Assembly (NCBI GenBank): GCA_038087875.1
Contig: CM075988.1
Location: forward strand, 10,976,001-11,040,000
DNA: 64,000 bases
From: Malacoraja senta
Taxonomy: Eukaryota
Direction of reading: 5' to 3'
Position numbers and translations under genes: made by a program. The notes under the pieces were generated by a model, which saw nothing but the letters and a program-made list of their open reading frames with translations, ran no database searches and was not told where the DNA came from. This document shows, piece by piece, positions 13,502 to 25,566 of the stretch (position 1 is the stretch's first letter; every line of letters begins with the position of its first letter).

Positions 13502-13535
13502 GGTAACGTTTCGGGCCGAAACCCTTCTTCAGACT
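13502..13535 (-). ncRNA. Minimal type-I hammerhead ribozyme motif in the Penelope 3' terminal repeat
   Basis: Minus strand reads agtCUGAAGA-A-GGGU(UUCG)GCCC-GAAA-CGUU-acc. It lies in the same sense as the PLE ORF and downstream of it. Confidence 0.8.
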
Positions 13536-13648
13536 GATAGGGGGTGGGGAGAAGAAAGGAAAAAAGGAAAAGGAGGAGGAGGAGCCCGAGGGTTGGGGGA
13601 GGGGAGGAGACAACCAGATGGCTGATGAAGGGGAGGGGACAGCCAGGG

Positions 13649-14818
13649 CTAGCAGAATTGGGAGAATTCAACGTTCAGGCCACCAGGGTGTAGACTGCCC
13701 AAGCGGAATATGAGGTGCATTTCCTCCAATTTACGGTGTTGCTCGCTGTGGCCATGGAGGAGACCCAGGACAGAGAGGTCAGATACGGAATGGGAGGGGG
13801 AGTTGAAGTGCTGAGCCACCGGGAGTTCAGGTTGGTTATTGCGGACCGACCGGAGGTGTTCGGCGAAACGATCGCCAAGCCTCCGCTTGGTCTCACCGAT
13901 GTAGATCAGCTGGCATCTAGAGCAGCGAATGCAATAGATGAGGTTGGAGGAGATGCAGGTGAACCTCTGTCGCACCTGGAACGACTGCTTGGGTCCTGGA
14001 ATGGAGTGGAGGGGGGAAGTGAAGGGACAAGTGTTGCATCTCTTGCGGTTGCAAGGGAAAGTACCAGGGGAGGGGGTGGTATGGGAGGGAAGGGAAGAAT
14101 TGACAAGGGAGTTACGGAGGGAGCGGTCTTTGCGGAAGGCAGACATAGGGGGAGATGGGAAGATGTGGCGAGTGGTGGGGTCACGTTGGAGGTGGCGAAA
14201 CTGACGGAGGATCACTTGTTGTATGTGACGGCTGGTGGGGTGAAAGGTGAGGACTAGGGGGACTCTGCCTTTGTTGTGAGTGGGGGGATGGGGAGAGAGA
14301 GCAGTGTTGCGGGGTATGGCAGAGACCCTGGTGCGAGCCTCATCTATGGTGGAGGAGGGGAACCCCCGTTCCCTGAAGAATGAGGACATTTCAGATGCCC
14401 TGGTGTGGAACGCCTCATCCTGGGAGCAGATGCGGCGTAGACGGAGGAATTGGGAGTGGGGGATGGAGTCCTTACAGGAAGCAGGGTGGGAAGAAGTGTA
14501 GTCCAGATAGCCATGGGAGTCGGTAGGTTTGTAGTGGATGTCGGTAAGGAGTCTATCACCTGCGATGGAGATAGTGAGGTCAAGGAATGGTAGGGAAGTG
14601 TCGGAAATGGTCCAGGTGTATTTAAGTGCCGGATGGAAGTTGGTGGTGAAGCGGATGAAGTCAGTCAGTTGTGTGTGGGTGCAGGATGTGGCACCAAAAC
14701 AATCATCGATGTAGCGGAGGTAGAGGTCGGGGATGGGGCCCTGGTACGCATTGAACAGGGATTGTTCTACGTACCCGACAAAGAGGCAGGCGTAGCTGGG
14801 GCCCATGCGTGTGCCCAT
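13649..14818 (-). CDS. Penelope-like reverse transcriptase (C-terminal part) + GIY-YIG endonuclease, partial
   Basis: MGTRMGPSYACLFVG, YLRYIDD, LPFLD, Cys linker CNRKRCNTC, and GIY-YIG LIYCIRCSRCQLIYIGETKRRLGDRFAEH. The frame stays open upstream to the truncation point (..NNFSFDSSHFLQIQGVA). Confidence 0.92.
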   Translation of the reverse strand: MGTRMGPSYACLFVGYVEQSLFNAYQGPIPDLYLRYIDDCFGATSCTHTQLTDFIRFTTNFHPALKYTWTISDTSLPFLDLTISIAGDRLLTDIHYKPTDSHGYLDYTSSHPASCKDSIPHSQFLRLRRICSQDEAFHTRASEMSSFFRERGFPSSTIDEARTRVSAIPRNTALSPHPPTHNKGRVPLVLTFHPTSRHIQQVILRQFRHLQRDPTTRHIFPSPPMSAFRKDRSLRNSLVNSSLPSHTTPSPGTFPCNRKRCNTCPFTSPLHSIPGPKQSFQVRQRFTCISSNLIYCIRCSRCQLIYIGETKRRLGDRFAEHLRSVRNNQPELPVAQHFNSPSHSVSDLSVLGLLHGHSEQHRKLEEMHLIFRLGSLHPGGLNVEFSQFC

Positions 14819-15270
14819 AGCTACGCCTTGTATTTGGAGGAAATGGGAGGAGTCGAATGAAAAGTTATTAAGTGTAAGTACCAGCTCCGCTAGGCGGAGG
14901 AGGGTGTCAGTGGCCGGGTATAGATTGCTTCTCCGGTCTCACATGATGTTCAATGACATGAGCTGTGCCAAGCTCAGCCAAGTTATGCCATCAAAAGATA
15001 AAAGCTGAGGAAAGTCTCAGCAAAGGGGAAATGATTTCATTCTGGATGGCTGGACATACGTGCAGGGATATAATTATCAGTGTTCGGAAGAATGGATGAA
15101 CTGCCAGTTTCCTCTCAAACATTAGTTTGATGTCTCTGCACCATCTGTTCCAGCCTATATATCCACTCAGCCATCCACTCTGGTTTATTGTGACGTACTG
15201 CAATCATTATTTACAGATGATGTACAAGGTTTACTTTCTGCATAAAATACTCGGATATCAACTAAGATCA

Positions 15271-15573
15271 TGGCAGCATGGTGGCGCAGCGCTAGAGTTG
15301 CTGCTTTCTCGTGCCAGAGACCCGGGTTCGATCCTGACTACTGGTGCTTGTCTGCCCACAGTTTGTACATTCTCCCCGTGACCTGTGGGTTCTCCCCGGG
15401 ATCCCTGTTTTCCTCCCACACTCCAAAGAGTCTGTAGGCTAATTGGCTCTGTATAATTATAAATTGTCCCTAGTGTGGAGTATAGTGTACGTGTATGGGA
15501 TCGCTGATTGGCATGGACTCAGTGGGTCGAAGGGCCTGTTTTAATGCTGTATCTCGAAACTAAACTAAACTAA
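15271..15573 (+). mobile_element. Full-length V-SINE (HE1-like)
   Basis: tggcgcagcg A box, gggttcgatcc B box, V-domain, and (taaac)n tail. Confidence 0.92.
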
Positions 15574-15934
15574 TAAAATTACTAAAACAAGAGAATCAAT
15601 TCAGACTTCAGGCTAACCTCCACAAAAGTTAAAATGCTTTGTAAGCTTCAACTACAACTTCAACTTGTCAGCAGTCAAGTTCAGACCAGATAAAAGATCT
15701 GGAACAGATCGCATAGCACTCTATTTTCCAGTGGCTGAACTTCAACATCAAAGCTACTTTTTGACCTGATCTCCATATCCCTTGAAATCTTTGGAAAAAT
15801 CCACATGTTAGTGGATTCATCTGAATTTTCTTGATGATTAAATATATTTTTGATGCTTGATGCAGAAAATTCCAAAGATTTCCTGTTCTCTCCAAATAAA
15901 TGTTTGAGCTTAATCATATTCGCTATGTCGACGA

Positions 15935-16450
15935 ATACTCTTGAACTTATGCAGATGTATGGTAGGGAGCACATTGACTAGTTGCATCACGGCTTGGTTC
16001 AGTAAATTGAACGCCCAGGAATGAGGATTACAAAATGTGACGGACACTGCCCAGTCCATCGTGGATACTGACCTCCGCACCTTAGAAGGGATCTATAGCA
16101 GGCACTGCCTCAAAAGGGCATGCAGCATCATCAAGGATCCACAACGACCCAGCCACACTTTCATTTTGCTCCTGCCATTAGTAAGATGGTGTAGGAGTCT
16201 GAAACCCATGATCTCCAGGTTCAGGAACAGCATCTTCCCAATAGCCATCATACTCTTGAACACTACATACACCAACTAAACTATGAGTTACAAACTGTCT
16301 AGATTGCACTAGGGACGTTAGGCTTTTTTTGCTAGTATTTTTTTAATTTATTGAATTGTTTTGTTATGTTATCCGAGTACTCTGTTTATAGACCAATTCT
16401 ATCACTGGAAGTAAGAATTTCATTTTTCTGCTTTCAGTACATGACAAATA
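15935..16450 (+). mobile_element. Rex1/Babar-clade LINE 3' fragment, decayed
   Basis: ORF 16037-16279 reads TAQSIVDTDLRTLEGIYSRHCLKRACSIIKDP..SRFRNSIFPIAIILLN. Confidence 0.8.
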
Positions 16451-16869
16451 CTCTTTACTCTTCTCTGCTTCCAATAATTCATTGATGGAAGGAGATTATT
16501 GCTGTGATATACTTGAGTTGTTGGCACAATTCTCCATTTTAGTATAGCTTTTGATTAGCTTCACTTTTCTGCACTTTTTTAATCCAGTTTCTCTCTGTGA
16601 ATCACATTTTTTGAAATCATTATTTGTGTGGGTTGGAAGCAAGTCTGGAATTTATTGCTCGATCCTAATAGCTCTACAATTTCTCAGTGAAGCCTAGGAA
16701 ATCACACAGCTCTTGCACAGAAAGACTGGACAAAGTCACCAGAATTCATTCTGTGAAGGACATAAATAAGCCCAGCCATCTTGAAAAGAAAGCCCATTCA
16801 GAAATGCCATGTTTATTGTTCCTGTTTCATTTTTTTTTTCTAAATGATACATTTTTCTTATTTTTTGTG

Positions 16870-17168
16870 TAGTTTAGTTAGACTACAGCGTGGTAACAGG
16901 CTCCTCGGCCCACTGAATCCGCACCGACCAGTGAACCGCGCACATTAACACTATCCTACACACTAGGGACAATTTACACTTATACCAAGCCAATTAACCT
17001 ACAAACCTGTACGTCTTTGGAGTGTGGGAGGAAACTGAAGATCTCGGAGAAAACCCACACAGGTCGCAGGAAAAACATACGAACTCTGTACAGACAAGCA
17101 CCAGTAGTCAGGATTGAACCCGGGTCTTCAGTGCCGTAAGGCTGCAACCCTACCTCTGCGCCACCGTA
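16870..17168 (-). mobile_element. Full-length V-SINE
   Basis: Reverse of the 15271 copy, with ggattgaacccgggtc (B box) and ctgcgccaccgt (head). Confidence 0.92.
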
Positions 17169-17417
17169 ACTGCTCTATTTAATGTTCAGTCATGGCCATA
17201 TTGATGGTTGGGGCAGGACTGAGGACTTTAAAGGTCCCATTTTTATCTGATCTTATGGCTGTGGAATCGGAGGCCCACAGCTCTGGGTGTTCATCCAATA
17301 ATTTAGCCAAAACATAACTGTACCCATGGCATCCACCATCCTTTCAAATAATGTGCTGTATTAAAATTCATTGTCTTGAATCATTATCCAATCTTGACAA
17401 TTACTTAATCATCATTC

Positions 17418-18130
17418 ATAGATACATAGACAATAGGTGCAGGAGTAGGCCATTTGACCCTTCGAGCCAGCTCCGCCATTCAATGTAACCATGGCTGATT
17501 ATCCACAAACAGTACCCCGTTCCTGCCTCCCCCCCCCCACCTCCTCCATAACCCTTGATTCTGCTAGCCCCAAGAGCTCCATCTAACTCTCTTTTGAATG
17601 CATCAAGTGAATCGGCCTCCACTGCCTTCTGAGGCAGAGAATTCCACAAATTCACAACTTTTTTTTTTCTCATCTCAGTTTTAAATGGCCTACCCATTAT
17701 GCTTAAACTGTGGCCCCTGGTTCTGGACTCTCCCAACATCGGGAACATGTTTCCTGCATCTAGCATGTGCAATCCTTTAATAATTTTATATTTTTCCATA
17801 AGATATCCTCTCATCCTCAATTCCAGTGAATACAAGCCCAGTCGTTCCATTCTTTCATCATATGACAGTCCCGCCATCCCAGGAATTAACCTCGTGAACC
17901 TACACTGCACTCTCTCAGTAGCAAGAATGTCCTTCCTCAAATTAGGAGACCAAAACTGCACACAACACTCCAGGTGTGGTCTCACCAGGGCCCTGTACAA
18001 CTGCAGAAGCACCCCTTTGCTCCTATACTCAACTCCTCTCATTATGAAGCCAACATGCCATTAGCTTTCTTCACTGCCTGTTTTACCTGAATGCTTACTT
18101 TCAGTGACTGATGTACAAGGACACCCTTGC
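17418..18130 (-). mobile_element. CR1 3' fragment
   Basis: ORF 17416-18042 reads VLLQLYRALVRPHLECCVQFWSP..NLWNSLPQKAVEA. Confidence 0.93.
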
Positions 18131-19404
18131 ATCTCCTTAAATACTTGATGAAAGAGCAGCAAATAGAAATGGTGATGCAACATCACAACTTGTAGACATG
18201 AGAAACTGCAGAGCTAGAATCTTGAGCAAAACACACATTGCTGGAGAAGCTCAACGGATCAGTCAGTTGAGAAAAATGGACAGACTATGTTTCAGGTTGG
18301 GTCCCTTCTGCAGACTGAAGAAGAGCCCTGTACTTTATTTATCCTATACTTTCCCACCTGTAGAGTGTATCCAACAATTTCTGTATTTTCTTTCAATTAT
18401 AAATTAGCAATAAAAATAGAAAAATCTTGGATCTGAAATGTTGACTGTTTCTCTTACTGTGGATGCTGCCTTATTTATTGAGTGTTTCCAGCATTTTCTC
18501 TTATTTCAGAATTCCTGCACATTCAGTTTTTTTTTAATTAAAAAAAAAAATCCAGTCTTTGATATCCTTGCTAATATCCTGGATGTTTCCTTTGATTTTT
18601 CATCTGCTGCTATGCCCACTCTTGAAATTGACCTTCCAATGTTGATGCTTAAATTAAGCTTTCCTTGAAATGATGGTGACATTTTTATATTCAGTTGAGT
18701 TCGCTGTCATGTACTTGTATTGCTGTGAAGTTGGTCAATACATTGTTTGATGCAATATCCTTTATCTTCACAAATAATATAAATTGGTTGATTCTTAAAA
18801 TGAAAACTTGTGTGCAAGTTTAAACATGACAGTTCTTTCACCAGTATTAAAATTGGCTTCCCATGGGATTATTGCATCAATATGTCTCAGGATTCTGTGA
18901 TATTGGATTCTACTATAATTGACATTTTTATCACTTCATGTTTACACCTTGGACTGAATAGAACTATCATAATGTCACTCCCATAAACAAAGTGAGATTC
19001 TGATCAAAGTAATGAGTCAGATTAGAATCCACAAAAAATATATTAAGTACATTTGAATAAATAGGCGCATCCAACTCGTCAAATGTTAATAAGTTTTGTT
19101 GTGCATAAATATCTCTAATACTTGACCTTGTTAATAATTTCTTCCCCAAAAATATTAACTACTTTTCACTTAAATTTCTAGGATGATTGGGTAAGGTGGT
19201 TAGTAACTTGCAACCTTATTGATATGATTGTAAACAGTTGTCTTTAGGTCTCCAGTCTTACCTTGCTGTCTGTTATTGACACAATCTCAGATCTTTCCCT
19301 CTGTTATTGGGAATTGTTTAGTCCAGCGACTGGTAGATGTGTTGTACTGAAATTCCACCACTGCCTCTCCACGTGTGTATTTGTCTTTGGGGGGATGAGG
19401 GGGA

Positions 19405-19870
19405 GACACAGTGCTGGAGGGTCTCAGTGGGCCAGGCAGCATCTCTAGAGGACATGAACAGGTCATAGAATCGTAGAAAATAGGTGCATGAGAAGGCCAT
19501 TTGGCCCTTCGAGCCAGCACCGCCATTCATTGTGATCATGGCTGATTGCCCCCAATCAATAACCCATGCCTGCCTTCTCCCCATATCCCTTGATTCCACT
19601 AGCCCCTAGAGCTCTATCTAACTCTCTCTTAAATCCATCCAGTGATTTGGCCTCCACTGCCCTCTGTGGCAGGGAATTCCACAAATTCCCTGCCACAGGG
19701 TCCTGTTTTGGGTCAGGACCGTTCTTCAGACTTTTACTGTCTTTGCTTTCCCAACCTGAACCAAGGCCTAGTCATGTCCTCCAGAGATGCTACCTGACCT
19801 GACCCTTCGAGTTACTCCACCACTTTGTGTCATATTTTGTAAACCAGCATCTGTAGTCCCTTGTGTCTAT
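19405..19870. mobile_element. Penelope-derived hairpin element interrupted by a CR1 3' tail (~19464-19692, minus)
   Basis: Left arm gacacagtgctggag..cagcatctct. The CR1 tail runs catagaatcgtagaaaataggtgca..ggaattccacaaattc. The element resumes at tgttttgggtcaggaccgttcttcagac, and the right arm follows. Confidence 0.75.
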
Positions 19871-20639
19871 ATTTGCCTTGCCCATGTTTGGAGGTCCTGG
19901 CTCCTGACCTTTCAGATGCTGGACTCAAATTCCTGCATAGCTGCAGAAGAACATCCGTTCTCCTGTTCTCAAATACTCTTCCACTGAAGCCCAACACAGC
20001 AAAATAAAGCATCAACTAGTATGAAAAGGGAAAGTTACCTTTTTTCCCTCCCCCTTAAACACGTACACTGCAATCTTCATTGAAATCACTGGGATTTTGC
20101 ATAGTGTGACAGATCAGATCTGCTGCTGGTTCTGAGAGCCAGCCTCCTCAGTGCATTGCAATCTGGGCTCCATTCCACTCGATTAGTGGAACATACCGTT
20201 AGATTTTGCCTTCCAAATTAATTTTCACATTCAGAACAGCAGGCAAGAAACTAACGAAGTCCAGTTTGACAGAACTGAGAAAAGTTACTTTTTTTACTGA
20301 CATTACAATTTTTCTTAATAAAAAGGACAAGATTGCAAATCTTCCCTGATTTATTCCTGCACCCTCCCCCCCCGGAGGCCTGATGGGTTTGGAACTGATA
20401 TTTGGAAGGTTAAACATTCAAGCTTGCCCTTGTTAACATGTGTGCCCAATGCAGAGTTCACACTTGATGTGTCGTGACTCACTGAACCGCAGTGTAACAA
20501 AGGTAACTTGTCTCCTAGATGGAAATGAACTTGCTAATCAAGTTGAAGCTTGATGGTTTTTAGACACAAACCTTTTGTGTTCATGTCATGAATGACTGGA
20601 TCCCAGTTGCAATATTGCATTGTTGTTGTGAACTTAATA

Positions 20640-20998
20640 ACTTACAGAATAGTGAAAGGCTTGGGTGTGGAGAGGATGTTTCCACTAGTGGGAGAGTCTA
20701 GGACTGGAGGTTATAGCCTCAGAATTAAAGGAAGGAGATGAGGAAGAATTTATTTGGTCAGAGGGTGGTGAATCTGTGCGATTCTTTGCCACAGAAGGCT
20801 GCGGAGGCCAAGTCAATGGATATTTTTAAGGCAGAGATAGATAGATTGTTGATTAGTACAGGTGTCGGGGATTATGGGGAGATGGCAGGAGAATGGATCT
20901 GGAGGGAGAGATCGATCAGCCATGAGCGAATGGGGGAGTCGACTTGATGGGCCGAATGTCCTAATTCTGCTCATATCACTTGTGACCTTATGACCTTG
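20640..20998 (+). mobile_element. CR1 3' fragment
   Basis: ORF 20738-20947 reads MRKNLFGQRVVNLCDSLPQKAAEA. Tail is (tgacctta)n. Confidence 0.85.
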
Positions 20999-22129
20999 TA
21001 ATAGCGCACAGAATTCTAACCTTAAGTTTGTAATTGAATCCTTTATTTAACTCCAATGAATACGGTAATACTCGTCAATATTATATTGTGGATGGGGTGG
21101 GGGGGAGGGAGGGTGTTAAAACACATTAAAAGTTGGATTCAGGAACCTGTCCCTGGTTGAACAGAATCTATAGTGTGAATGGGCTGGGCCACATATATAA
21201 TTGTGCTTGTAGCTTTTTTTTAAAGTAATGAGTTGTTTTTTTGCTACAGCATTAGCCAGCTGTTGTTTCAACATTATTTTTGAACCTGCATGTGACTATA
21301 TATATTCTTGAATTTAGTAATGATTCCACAGGATTATGACGTACAAGTCAACACCTCTGATTTCCCTCTTCTAATTTGTACATATTATTGGGAAGTAAAA
21401 TTATCGTTAACTGTTCATGGGCAATTCTGGAACTTGATTCCGTGGTGTTGGTGTGAGCTGCTGTGGATATTAAAGTGTTTCCAGAGACTATTATTGGTGG
21501 GGTGAGGGATAATAAACTCTAAGAATCGACATATAGAGACCAGGTAGTTTTCAATGATATGATGAAAACAAATTCCGTGACTTCAGAACCTTGATGCTCG
21601 CCATCTCCAAAATTTTCTGGTGAGAAATTTTGGCTAAATATGTGGAATAGGTTTTATTATGTTTCATTATTTGACGGGTTTCATTATTCTTCTAAGCATA
21701 TGGCATTGAAAACCCCGAGCCAACTCAGTAAAGGACAAATCATCCAGGACTAAGGACTTATCTCAAGCAGTTCTTCACAAAGCTATGTCGGAGCAAATGG
21801 CTGATTTGTTTTTATTTAACTCTGATAATTAAAAACATGTTTTTTCATATATGTATTAAATTATTTTCTAATGTTGTGATAGGCATCTGACTTGTGCCAC
21901 AATCTCAGCTGGTAAAATTTGAAGTGAAAATATAAAAAGCTGTGCATGTTTAGCAGCCAGGCAGCATCTGTGGAGTGAAAAATGCAGTTATTGTTTCTGG
22001 TCAAAGTTAAATATTTTAAAGTACAGAGAAGGAGGAGGGGTGGAGAGAACGAGGAAATAATTTGATGGAGAGATCGAGAGAGGCAAGGGATGATATTGGT
22101 GGTGAAAGAATCATCTGTTCACAGCATGC

Positions 22130-22308
22130 CTTTTCCTTTTCTCTCTTCTTTTCCCCATCCCCGCCTCTATTTTGCAGTCTGAAGAAGGGTTCCGAACTGA
22201 AACATCACCTATTCCTTTTCTCCAGAGATGCTGCATAACCCGTTGAGATAGTCCAGCATTTTGTGCCTATCTTCAGTATAAACCAGCATCTGCAGTTCCT
22301 TCCTGCGT
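22130..22308 (+). mobile_element. Penelope terminal-repeat fragment with hammerhead-like core
   Basis: cagtCTGAAGAagggttccgaactGAAAcatcacc at 22175-22209, then tccagagatgctgc..ccagcatctgcagttcc. Confidence 0.7.
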
Positions 22309-23294
22309 ATCCTCTCACAGCTAATCTGTCCAGAGCAGATGTAAATGAGTGTAGAAATCATGTGTTAGCCTGATCAAGTGGGAAAAAAATTATTTTTATC
22401 CTTGAGCAGAAAACAAATCACATGGGATTATAAATGTAATCCACTAATTTTTCGACAGTGTTCCACTAACTTTGGGATTGAATAACTCGAGGATTAAAAT
22501 GGTAAATGGGATACTGGACAAGATCTGGACAGATGTACCACCCTGGATGGTGTACAACTTAATGACCATTGTTGGTGCTGCACTTGTTCCGGCAAGTGCA
22601 GACCACTAAAGACATCGACCATTATCGATATTAATGAACATTTTTTTAAATTCCATAGTTATCATGGGGTTTGAACACAAACCTTTGAATTGCAGTCCAG
22701 AATTACCAACCCAGGAATTTAACTAATGAGCCACCATTATGCCCTTAGGAATAGGTTGCCTGGCAAGGTGCTGGAGGAGGATTCAATTGTGGCTTTCAAA
22801 AGCTGTGAAGATCTTCTGGAGAGGCAGCACAGATTGTAGTTGGCAATCTATGATTCAATACTTAAATGTGCAATTCTTCTGCTGCTAATACTGTCCTTGG
22901 AGTTCCTTTGGAATACAGCTTTGCCAAGTGTTTAGAAATAAGTTTTGAGATTCTATTAGCAACATTTGAGGGCAAGTTGTTGAGGCTATGAACAAATTGC
23001 TGTCTGTTCACGGAAAAATACCAGATGAAGCCCCTTCGCTGCATGGCAATTGAATTGCTTGAAATAACTTTCTAATAAGTTATTTTATTCAAGATCCTGG
23101 TGGGATCTGTTCTCAACAGTGGCATTTATTTTCATTTATTGCTATTTTTTTGTTAAATAAATCTTACTATAAAGCTGTACTGAGAAGATAAGATAGTAGT
23201 CCCAGTTGACACCTGCTGCTTTGAATCTTGCATATCACAGGCACAGTGAGAATAAATGTAGATATTTGTCTGGATTTTACAAGATGTACAAAGG

Positions 23295-23600
23295 ATAATA
23301 ATAATAATAATAATAATAAGTTTATTTATATAGCACATTTTCCAATTGAATTAAATCAAAAGCCAAAGTGCTTTACAGTTAACTAACCATACAAATAATA
23401 AAAAGAGATAGAAAAAAATGACAACACACTATAAGAGATTTTACACAAACACGAACATCCCCCCACAGTAGAATCTACACTCTCCACTGTGAGGGACGGC
23501 ATTAAAATGTCCAGTCCTCCTCCTCCTCCTAGTCCACCCGAGGTCGGGGCCAGTCTGAGGCCACTGCAGCCAGCCTCCGCAACGGATGTTGGTAACTGGA
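23295..23600 (-). mobile_element. LINE/SINE 3' end with (TTA)n tail (L2-like)
   Basis: (ata)8 followed by tttatttatatagcacattt..caaagtgctttaca, then a GC-rich body. Confidence 0.55.
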
Positions 23601-23873
23601 GATATTTTTTTTTAAATGTAGTCCTTGTTATTGGAATTGCATTCACTCTGAGTCTGGATTGACCGTGAAATAAGTAGTAATCTCTCGGAAAGCGCTCTCC
23701 TTAACTGCTGAGCAGTGACACGTGAAATGCTTAAAAAGCCTTTGTGTTATTAGTTAATACAATGCTATGGATACTTATGCTAATTATGACTGATGTGAAT
23801 TCAAACCATTTGCATTGGGAACTGAGGTTGCTGTGAGCTCAGGGTAACATTGTGTGATAATATTGACAAATAA

Positions 23874-24053
23874 AGGGCCTGTCCCACTTGGGCGACATTT
23901 ACGTGTCATGACGCACACGTGATGCGCGCATGGTGCATGGTGACATAGGCAGTGACGCACGGTCGCACGCGGTGCCCCAGGATTTTGGGATTCACAAAAT
24001 CTTCGCCCGCCACCTGCGTGACGCGCAAATGAGGCCCAAGTGGGACAGGCCCT
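23874..24053. mobile_element. PIF/Harbinger-like MITE, 180 bp
   Basis: Perfect 19-bp TIR AGGGCCTGTCCCACTTGGG / CCCAAGTGGGACAGGCCCT, flanked by TAA and TTA. Confidence 0.85.
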
Positions 24054-24526
24054 TTAATGTCCACATCTTTTTAAAGAAGTTTAGACATAGATCCTTATGT
24101 GATCAAAGAGTTCAGAACAAGATATTCTTGGGATTGCAGGCACATTACGAATCATCGACCATTGTAGTCTATTTTGCATGCATTTCTCTTTTTGATTTTG
24201 TTTTTATTCATTATGTATTTGCTTCCACTGAAAATTCAGCACAGTTGAAGTCTAGAATCTGGTCAGAACTGTATGATTATGCAACAGAGAGCATAATATG
24301 AACTTTGTTTTATGTAATGTTTATTTCAGATGCTGATGGTTGTCATTACTTAGACCCTATTTATATGTGTACACATACAGCAAGTCCATAAAATATCAGT
24401 TTTCTATAAAATTTGCAGTTAGCTGACAGTTTGACTGTGGGGGTGAAGTGAAAGCACAAAATTCGATAAATTCACTTGAAGAAGGTTGCTCGTTAGTCAC
24501 AAGTTCCATAAACTGTTGAATTATTG

Positions 24527-25566
24527 TAGCAATGTTACAAAATTTGAGATTTAAAAAATAAAGTCTGCAATTTATCCCATCAGATAAAGCATAAAAAGAA
24601 GTTTAATTTGACACCTAATTCACTTTCATATCTTCAGTATTAAAGAAGTTTTGGCCATTTTCATACTCGGAAATTAGCATCTTGTTCCCTATTGCTTTTA
24701 CATTGACTTAACACAAAAGCTGTGATCGAGGACAGTCAAAAGCCCATAACTTTCTTAAAAATTAAGATAACTGAAAGAAATTTTCAGTTATTATAGATTG
24801 AAGCATTCTGAAACAAATATGAAACAATCTTACTTAGAAGACATGAAAGTAAAGCATATAATTAGTTAGTTATCTAATTGTAGCTAATTACAAAATTCAA
24901 TTACTAGATCTAAACATCTATCAATTTCTTAAGAATAGATTAACATTTTTAAATAGCCTAAGTGTCCAAATAACATTCACACAATAATTCACAATATAAC
25001 ATAATTTTTAAATCTCATTTTCATGAATTTACAGGCCAAATGGAAGGAATTGAATGTTTAATACCTGTAAATTAATGGGCATTTAAATCATCTTGTGAGT
25101 GAGGATTTCTGGAACGCGATCTTTTGGAACGTTCATTTGCGGTGAATTTTACCCCGTATTGGCATGAAAAATACTGCTGTTAATTCGGGGAATAAAATCA
25201 CCGTGTCGCATGAAAAATTGTGAATTAAAGGCTTCTTAAGAAGCACTTTTATACATTTAAAGAAACCACTTTCGTTTACCTGTCCCGTGTGTGAAATCCG
25301 TCCCCGTTATCGGCGTTGACGCTTCAGGAGCTGCTTTTAAAATTACTCCAGCGCTGACATTGACGATTTAATAAAAATAAAAAATTCACAAAATGCCCCT
25401 AGGAACGATTTGTCAGCCAACGCTTGTACTCCAACGAAATATAATTCAGGACAAGGTAGGAGAAACCGTGTTTTAACCCCGCCCCCCCCTTAAAGGCGCC
25501 AAAATCGCACACACGGCCAGTGGCAGAATTACAGCGCGACTGAAGGTAAGTTTTGTAACATACCTA
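24527..25566. mobile_element. Non-autonomous TIR DNA transposon (hAT-like), ~1040 bp
   Basis: TIRs TAGCAATGTTACAAAA / TTTTGTAACATACCTA (14/16). Direct repeat ATTATTG at 24520-24526 and 25567-25573. No ORF. Confidence 0.8.

Larger units (their letters stand above)
13441..14936 (-). mobile_element. Penelope-like retroelement (probably Neptune clade), 5'-truncated, recent
   Basis: Uninterrupted RT + GIY-YIG frame, 3' terminal repeat at 13441-13540, and a 9-bp flanking repeat TCTCACATG (13432-13440 / 14937-14945). Confidence 0.95.

Noticed and set aside
13715..14860. Plus-strand ORFs antisense to the Penelope ORF (likewise 533-940 and 44293-44811 antisense to CR1)
   Set aside because: Shadow frames of retroelement coding sequence.
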